A stretch of 8,098 nucleotides of DNA, taken from IMG/VR virus record IMGVR_UViG_2531839474_000001, positions 1 to 8,098 of that record. One strand, written 5' to 3'. The DNA is from a virus. Its lineage: Duplodnaviria > Heunggongvirae > Uroviricota > Caudoviricetes. The position numbers were made by a program, and so were the translations under genes. The number at the start of each line of letters is the position of its first letter. Position 1 is the stretch's first letter. The notes under the pieces were generated by a model, which worked only from the letters and a program-made list of their open reading frames with translations, searched no databases and was not told the DNA's origin. Positions 6,105 to 8,098 of this stretch are shown piece after piece.

Positions 6105-6138
6105 TTGTTGTCAGCTTCCGGATAACGGGAGACGGGGT

Positions 6139-6354
6139 ATGTACCAGATGGAAAAAATAACAACAGGTGTGTCATACACCACGTCAGCGGTGGGGACGGG
6201 ATACTGGCTACTGCAGTTGCTGGACAAAGTCTCTCCGTCCCAGTGGGTGGCAATAGGTGTGCTGGGAAGTCTGCTGTTTGGCCTGCTGACGTATCTGACA
6301 AATCTTTATTTCAAGATTAAAGAAGATAAGCGTAAGGCTGCGAGAGGTGAATAA
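6139..6354 (+). CDS. S: class II holin (phage 21 S-type pinholin) with dual-start motif
   Basis: From ATG 6139 the product [71 protein letters not shown] (71 aa) matches phage 21 S as recalled ([68 protein letters not shown]). A second in-frame ATG at 6148 gives the shorter form. Stop overlaps the endolysin ATG. Confidence 0.9.
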   Translation: MYQMEKITTGVSYTTSAVGTGYWLLQLLDKVSPSQWVAIGVLGSLLFGLLTYLTNLYFKIKEDKRKAARGE

Positions 6355-6851
6355 TGTCGCCGTCATTACGCAAGGCTGTTGCAGCTGCTATTGGTGGTGG
6401 GGCTGTTGCCATAGCGTCTGTGCTCATCACTGGTCCAGGTGGTAACGATGGTCTGGAAGGTGTCAGCTACATACCATACAAAGATATCGTTGGCGTATGG
6501 ACTGTATGTCACGGACACACCGGAAAAGACATCATGCCCGGTAAAACGTATACCGAAGCAGAATGCAAAGCCCTCCTGAATAAAGACCTTGCCACGGTCG
6601 CCAGACAAATTAACCCGTACATCAACGTCGATATACCGGAAACAACGCGCGGCGCTCTTTACTCGTTCGTTTACAACGTGGGCGCTGGCAATTTCAGAAC
6701 ATCGACGCTTCTTCGCAAAATAAACCAGGGCGATATCAAAGGCGCATGTGATCAGCTACGGCGCTGGACATACGCTGGCGGTAAGCAATGGAAAGGGCTG
6801 ATGACTCGCCGCGAGATTGAGCGTGAAGTCTGTTTGTGGGGGCAACAATGA
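6354..6851 (+). CDS. R: SAR endolysin (phage 21 R-type lysozyme with N-terminal signal-anchor-release domain)
   Basis: 165 aa; N-terminal Gly/Ala-rich weakly hydrophobic segment [20 protein letters not shown] followed by a lysozyme catalytic region ([25 protein letters not shown]). Near-identical to phage 21 R as I recall it. Confidence 0.95.
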   Translation: MSPSLRKAVAAAIGGGAVAIASVLITGPGGNDGLEGVSYIPYKDIVGVWTVCHGHTGKDIMPGKTYTEAECKALLNKDLATVARQINPYINVDIPETTRGALYSFVYNVGAGNFRTSTLLRKINQGDIKGACDQLRRWTYAGGKQWKGLMTRREIEREVCLWGQQ

Positions 6852-7285
6852 GCAGGGTAACCGTTATTATCTCCGCTCTGGTTATCTGCATTATCGCCTG
6901 CCTGTCATGGGCTGTTAATCATTACCGTGATAACGCCATCGCCTACAAAGAGCAGCGCGATAAAGCCACATCCATCATCGCTGATATGCAGAAGCGGCAA
7001 CGTGATGTAGCAGAACTTGACGCCAGATACACAAAGGAGCTTGCTGATGCTAATGCGACTATCGAAAGTCTCCGTGCTGATGTTTCTGCTGGGCGTAAGC
7101 GCCTGCAAGTCTCCGCCACCTGTGCAAAGTCAACGACCGGAGCCAGCAGCATGGGCGATGGAGAAAGCCCAGGACTTACAGCAGATGCTGAACTCAATTA
7201 TTACCGTCTCCGAGGTGGAATCGACAAGATAACCGCGCAGGTTAACTACCTGCAGGAATACATCAGGACGCAGTGCTTAAAATAA
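6848..7285 (+). CDS. Rz: Rz i-spanin
   Basis: From ATG 6848, [39 protein letters not shown]...RLQVSATC...QCLK matches lambda Rz ([39 protein letters not shown]...). N-terminal transmembrane anchor plus coiled-coil periplasmic domain. ATGA overlap with the endolysin stop. Confidence 0.9.
   Translation: MSRVTVIISALVICIIACLSWAVNHYRDNAIAYKEQRDKATSIIADMQKRQRDVAELDARYTKELADANATIESLRADVSAGRKRLQVSATCAKSTTGASSMGDGESPGLTADAELNYYRLRGGIDKITAQVNYLQEYIRTQCLK
7047..7232 (+). CDS. Rz1: Rz1 o-spanin (outer-membrane lipoprotein), embedded in the +1 frame of Rz
   Basis: AAGGAG (7034..7039) lies 7 nt upstream of ATG 7047. Product [36 protein letters not shown]... has a signal peptide, a lipobox-like VSAC and a Pro-rich mature part, as in lambda Rz1. 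The start could instead be 7017 or 7053. Confidence 0.75.
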   Translation: MLMRLSKVSVLMFLLGVSACKSPPPVQSQRPEPAAWAMEKAQDLQQMLNSIITVSEVESTR

Positions 7286-7322
7286 TTTTAATTTCACTGA
7301 AATTTAACAAGTGACTTTCAGG

Positions 7323-7352
7323 AAAATGCCTCGCAGATGCGGGGCATTTTTG
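7323..7352 (+). terminator. rho-independent terminator after the lysis cassette, possibly bidirectional
   Basis: ATGCCTCGC (7326..7334), loop AGAT, GCGGGGCAT (7339..7347) forms a 9-bp stem with one G-U pair, flanked by AAAA upstream and TTTTT downstream. Confidence 0.6.
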
Positions 7353-7434
7353 TACCGGTATTTCACCGCGCACCGCAGCGCACAATAAACACCGAACCTG
7401 ACCCTTTGGAATGGGCCTTTGAGGATACCAGTTA

Positions 7435-8052
7435 GTGCTGGCGAGCCTCGGTGGGCTGGTTTCCTGTGCGGCAAAGGTTCATTTCAAAGAAGCAGGCAAC
7501 GCCATGAATGAATTAATTGCGAATCATGACTTCGACTTTCGCCAGTTAGTTACCGCAGCAGAAGGTCAACCGGTAACTGACACCTTCCAGATTGCCAGGG
7601 CATTTGGTAAACGCCATCAGCATGTGATTAGGGCTATTAAATGTTTGAGATGTTCTGAGGAATTCTCGACAACCCATTTTTGGGCCGTCGAGAAAATCAA
7701 TGACTTAGGGATTTTTGACAAGAAACAGATTTACTACCGCATGGACTTTAGTGGCTTCGTTATGCTGGTTATGGGATTTAACGGGGCAAAAGCCGATGCT
7801 GTTAAAGAAGCCTATATCAATGCGTTTAACTGGATGTCAGCAGAACTCCGTAAGTACAGCGAAAGTTATGAAGCAGAACGTAACGCCGTAATGCTGGAGT
7901 ACATGAAAGAGAAGGATGTCGCCAGCATGTCAGGCCGTCTGCTCAATCGCTGGGGGAGAACGAAAAAACCTCAATTGCTTGCAAAGCTGGAACGTCTGGA
8001 GAGACAGGGACAGTTTTTATTACCGGGATTCGATAAAGGTATTCAAGCCTGA
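7435..8052 (+). CDS. Rha-family phage regulatory protein (often annotated as antirepressor)
   Basis: The segment PVTDTFQIARAFGKRHQHVIRAIKCL...YYRMDFSGFVMLVMGFNGAKADAVKEAYINAF resembles the Rha domain (compare SSREIAELTGKQHKHVLRDI in known Rha proteins). GTG start at 7435 has a GAGGA SD about 9 nt upstream; ATG 7504 (MNELIANHDF...) is an alternative start. Confidence 0.65.
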   Translation: MLASLGGLVSCAAKVHFKEAGNAMNELIANHDFDFRQLVTAAEGQPVTDTFQIARAFGKRHQHVIRAIKCLRCSEEFSTTHFWAVEKINDLGIFDKKQIYYRMDFSGFVMLVMGFNGAKADAVKEAYINAFNWMSAELRKYSESYEAERNAVMLEYMKEKDVASMSGRLLNRWGRTKKPQLLAKLERLERQGQFLLPGFDKGIQA

Positions 8053-8098
8053 CACATTATGCGCTGTATCGTCGCCGTATTCCCGCATTAACCATGAC

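Noticed and set aside
4278-6138. Search for stx toxin genes or tRNA genes (ileZ/argN/argO type) downstream of Q, as in Stx phages
   Set aside because: No ORF resembles StxA or StxB, and I found no tRNA hallmarks (T-loop GTTCGAATC-type motif with paired acceptor stem). A tRNAscan-SE run would settle this.
6080-6608. Minus-strand ORFs 6080..6301 and 6366..6608, and the upstream extension of the holin ORF from 6094
   Set aside because: They are antisense to the holin and endolysin, which are near-identical to phage 21 S and R. The 6094 start lies within the terminator hairpin; the homologous start is 6139.
6905-7197. Minus-strand ORFs 6905..7108 and 6943..7197
   Set aside because: Antisense to Rz/Rz1. 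The only credible embedded gene here is plus-strand Rz1.
1-8098. CRISPR array or other periodic tandem repeats
   Set aside because: No regularly spaced direct repeats of 25 to 40 bp were seen; the only repeats are short palindromes and the IS terminal repeat.

Overview
This window is a segment of a lambdoid prophage of the kind found in E. coli/Shigella genomes, read left to right in late-operon orientation; all protein identifications are from my recollection of lambda, phage 21 and IS629 sequences and none was database-verified. Bases 1..643 are the end of an IS3-family insertion sequence (IS629-like) on the minus strand, with orfA complete and orfB running off the window. Next come a small winged-helix-like gene, two short hydrophobic ORFs, and a tightly coupled nin-region operon (ninB, Dam-like N6-adenine methyltransferase, ninE, ninF, an 89-aa unknown, ybcO-like, rusA, ninH) ending in a lambda-type Q antiterminator and its pR'/qut late promoter. 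Between pR' and the lysis genes lies a ~1.8 kb AT-rich cargo region (4279..6138). It encodes one uncharacterised polytopic membrane protein and a non-coding-looking stretch with two intrinsic terminators, tiny SD-preceded ORFs and a long inverted repeat; this is the best candidate for something undescribed. It is followed by a phage-21-type lysis cassette (pinholin, SAR endolysin, Rz with embedded Rz1), a terminator, and a Rha-family regulator. I found no rRNA, tRNA, CRISPR array or stx genes.
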